Shown: in pieces, positions 34,428-35,876 of the stretch
Layout of the letters: each line of letters opens with the position of its first letter
How positions within the stretch are numbered: the first letter of the stretch is position 1
IMG/VR virus record: IMGVR_UViG_3300038379_000915
Location: 1 to 35,876 of that record
DNA length: 35,876 nucleotides
Origin: a virus
Taxonomy: Duplodnaviria; Caudoviricetes
Reading direction: 5' to 3' (one strand)
Position numbers and translations under genes: made by a program
Notes under the pieces: model-generated
Seen by the model: only the letters and a program-made list of their open reading frames with translations
What the model was told of the DNA's origin: nothing
Database searches by the model: none

Positions 34428-34832
34428 GTGGGCGTCCCAGCACGCGCCCGGGCGCGCAGCATCGGCCTCAAGCACCTTGGGCGCCTCGTGCGCCCCGAGG
34501 CCGAGGAGCAGCTCGAGTTGTCGGCCGAGCGGCGGCCGCGGACCAGGGGCGAGTGCGTGGGCGGGCCGCGCCCCTGTCCCTGGGTGAGCTGCCGGCATCA
34601 CCTCTACCTCGAGGTCACGGAGGCGGGGAGCATCAAGCTCAACTTCCCCGACGCCGAGCTCGACGAGCTGTTCGACACCTGCGCGCTGGACGTGGCCGAG
34701 CGGGTGCAGGGCGCGACGCTCGAGGTCGTCGCCGAGCGGCTGAACTTGACCAAGGAGCGCACCCGCCAGCTAGAGGAGCGCGCGCTGGAGCGGGTGGCCC
34801 GCCGGATCGAGCGCGGGGGCGGCGAGCGGTGA
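34428..34832 (+). CDS. Cys-rich stand-alone sigma-70 region-4 HTH protein, paralog 1
   Basis: [21 protein letters not shown]...TCALDVA...[19 protein letters not shown]. Confidence 0.8.
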   Translation: MGVPARARARSIGLKHLGRLVRPEAEEQLELSAERRPRTRGECVGGPRPCPWVSCRHHLYLEVTEAGSIKLNFPDAELDELFDTCALDVAERVQGATLEVVAERLNLTKERTRQLEERALERVARRIERGGGER

Positions 34833-35260
34833 GCGGCGGCGGCGAGGGGCGGCGCGTGCGGGCGAAGACGATCGCCGTCCGGTGGGGCGTGCGCCGCGCT
34901 CGCCGCTACCTCGCCCTGCCGATCGTGCAGGAGGTCGAGGCCGCGCGCCCGCGCACACGCGGCGAGTGCGCCACCGGCCCGCGGCCCTGCCCATGGGTCG
35001 GCTGCAAGTACCACCTGTACCTCGACGTGAACGAGGACAACGGCTCCATCAAGCTCAACCACCCGCACAGGGAGCTCGACGAGCTCGAGGAGACCTGCGC
35101 GCTGGACGTCGCCGACCGGCACGAGAAGAAGGGCGTCACGCTCGAGCACGTCGGCGAGCTGATGAACCTCGTGCGCGAGCGCGCCCGCCAGCTCGAGATC
35201 GCTGGGCTCTTCAAGGTGCGCCGGGCGTTCGAGCGCATCGAGGAAGAGGGGGAGGAGTAG
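34829..35260 (+). CDS. Cys-rich stand-alone sigma-70 region-4 HTH protein, paralog 2
   Basis: [21 protein letters not shown]...TCALDVA...[17 protein letters not shown]. Confidence 0.8.
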   Translation: MSGGGEGRRVRAKTIAVRWGVRRARRYLALPIVQEVEAARPRTRGECATGPRPCPWVGCKYHLYLDVNEDNGSIKLNHPHRELDELEETCALDVADRHEKKGVTLEHVGELMNLVRERARQLEIAGLFKVRRAFERIEEEGEE

Positions 35261-35262
35261 CC

Positions 35263-35529
35263 ATGCACGAGTGCCCGGAGTGCTACCAGACCTGCACCTG
35301 CGACTGCGACGATCTGTGGACCGACCAGAACGACGGCTGCCGGTGCGACTGCTCGTGGGCACGCGACCAGGGCTGGGACTACGACGACCTCGGCGACGAC
35401 ATCGAGCAGGGGTGCGTTCTCGGCAACGCCTGCCTGCACCCAGACCCATACCACCTGTCGAGCGAGTGCTTCGACGAGGAGATTGCGGAGGCGCATGACG
35501 CGCAGGGCGAGGGCGACGATGGGGCGTAG
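35263..35529 (+). CDS. Acidic Cys-rich small protein
   Basis: SD GGAGGAG; MHECPECYQTCTCDC...CRCDC...C. Confidence 0.6.
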   Translation: MHECPECYQTCTCDCDDLWTDQNDGCRCDCSWARDQGWDYDDLGDDIEQGCVLGNACLHPDPYHLSSECFDEEIAEAHDAQGEGDDGA

Positions 35530-35876
35530 GTTCGAACGGCTACGCCGCGTGCTGGGGAAGGCGGTGGGTGCGCGCGCAGCGCGCCCCCGCTCCGTGGTGC
35601 TGCGCTACGCCGAGGCCATCGGGTGCACCAAGGCCGAGGCGGCCGAGCTGTGGCGCGCGTGGCTGCAGCTGCCGGACGATGAGCGTGGACCCTCGCTCAT
35701 GCGCATGCAGGAGAAGCTGGACAAGGTCGACAAGACGCTCCGTCGCACGGCTCTAAGTACGCGACAATACAGGGAGCAAGTGGCGCAACGCGAACAAGTG
35801 ATTTCGCGTGGTTACGCGCCCTTGTCCACAGCCGAAATCATTGGGAATTTCGGCGGGGCTACCGACAGCCGGGCGG
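35519..35876 (+). CDS. Hypothetical protein, open to the window end
   Basis: MGRRFERL...; coding-like to about 35750, then lower GC with inverted repeats. Confidence 0.45.
   Translation, partial: MGRRFERLRRVLGKAVGARAARPRSVVLRYAEAIGCTKAEAAELWRAWLQLPDDERGPSLMRMQEKLDKVDKTLRRTALSTRQYREQVAQREQVISRGYAPLSTAEIIGNFGGATDSRA

Noticed and set aside
35822-35830. DnaA-box origin (TTGTCCACA)
   Set aside because: A single box is not enough; a better origin candidate lies within the initiator gene.

Overview
The window is a continuous, very GC-rich segment of a tailed phage or prophage. A Myxococcota-type host is inferred from the GC content, a Cys-rich lipoprotein and Cys-rich sigma-region-4 proteins. Left to right: (1) a Mu-like contractile-tail and baseplate module (tape measure, DNA-circularisation protein, gp44/45/46/47/48-like) with fibre or adhesin-like genes, 1-13135; (2) a lysis cassette, 13199-16111; (3) a lower-GC, convergent three-gene cassette that looks like a chaperone-antitoxin-ADP-ribosyltransferase toxin defence module, 16138-17519; (4) a truncated serine integrase and the leftward early operon (ParB-like, YqaJ exonuclease plus putative annealing protein, a tRNA-like RNA element, HNH), 17600-26567; (5) a lambdoid immunity switch with GTGAG-N5-CTCAC operators and an apparently frameshifted repressor, 26551-27462; (6) a rightward replication and regulation operon (initiator with internal iterons, DPPY methyltransferase, DnaB, RuvC, two tandem stand-alone sigma-region-4 proteins), 27643-35876. 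The most interesting signals are the defence-like triplet, an 84-nt tRNA-Ala/tmRNA-like element whose loop is complementary to the downstream SD and start codon, and a three-copy late-promoter-like motif AGTGGCG-N19-SACCNT. All family calls come from motif recognition by eye; no database searches were run.
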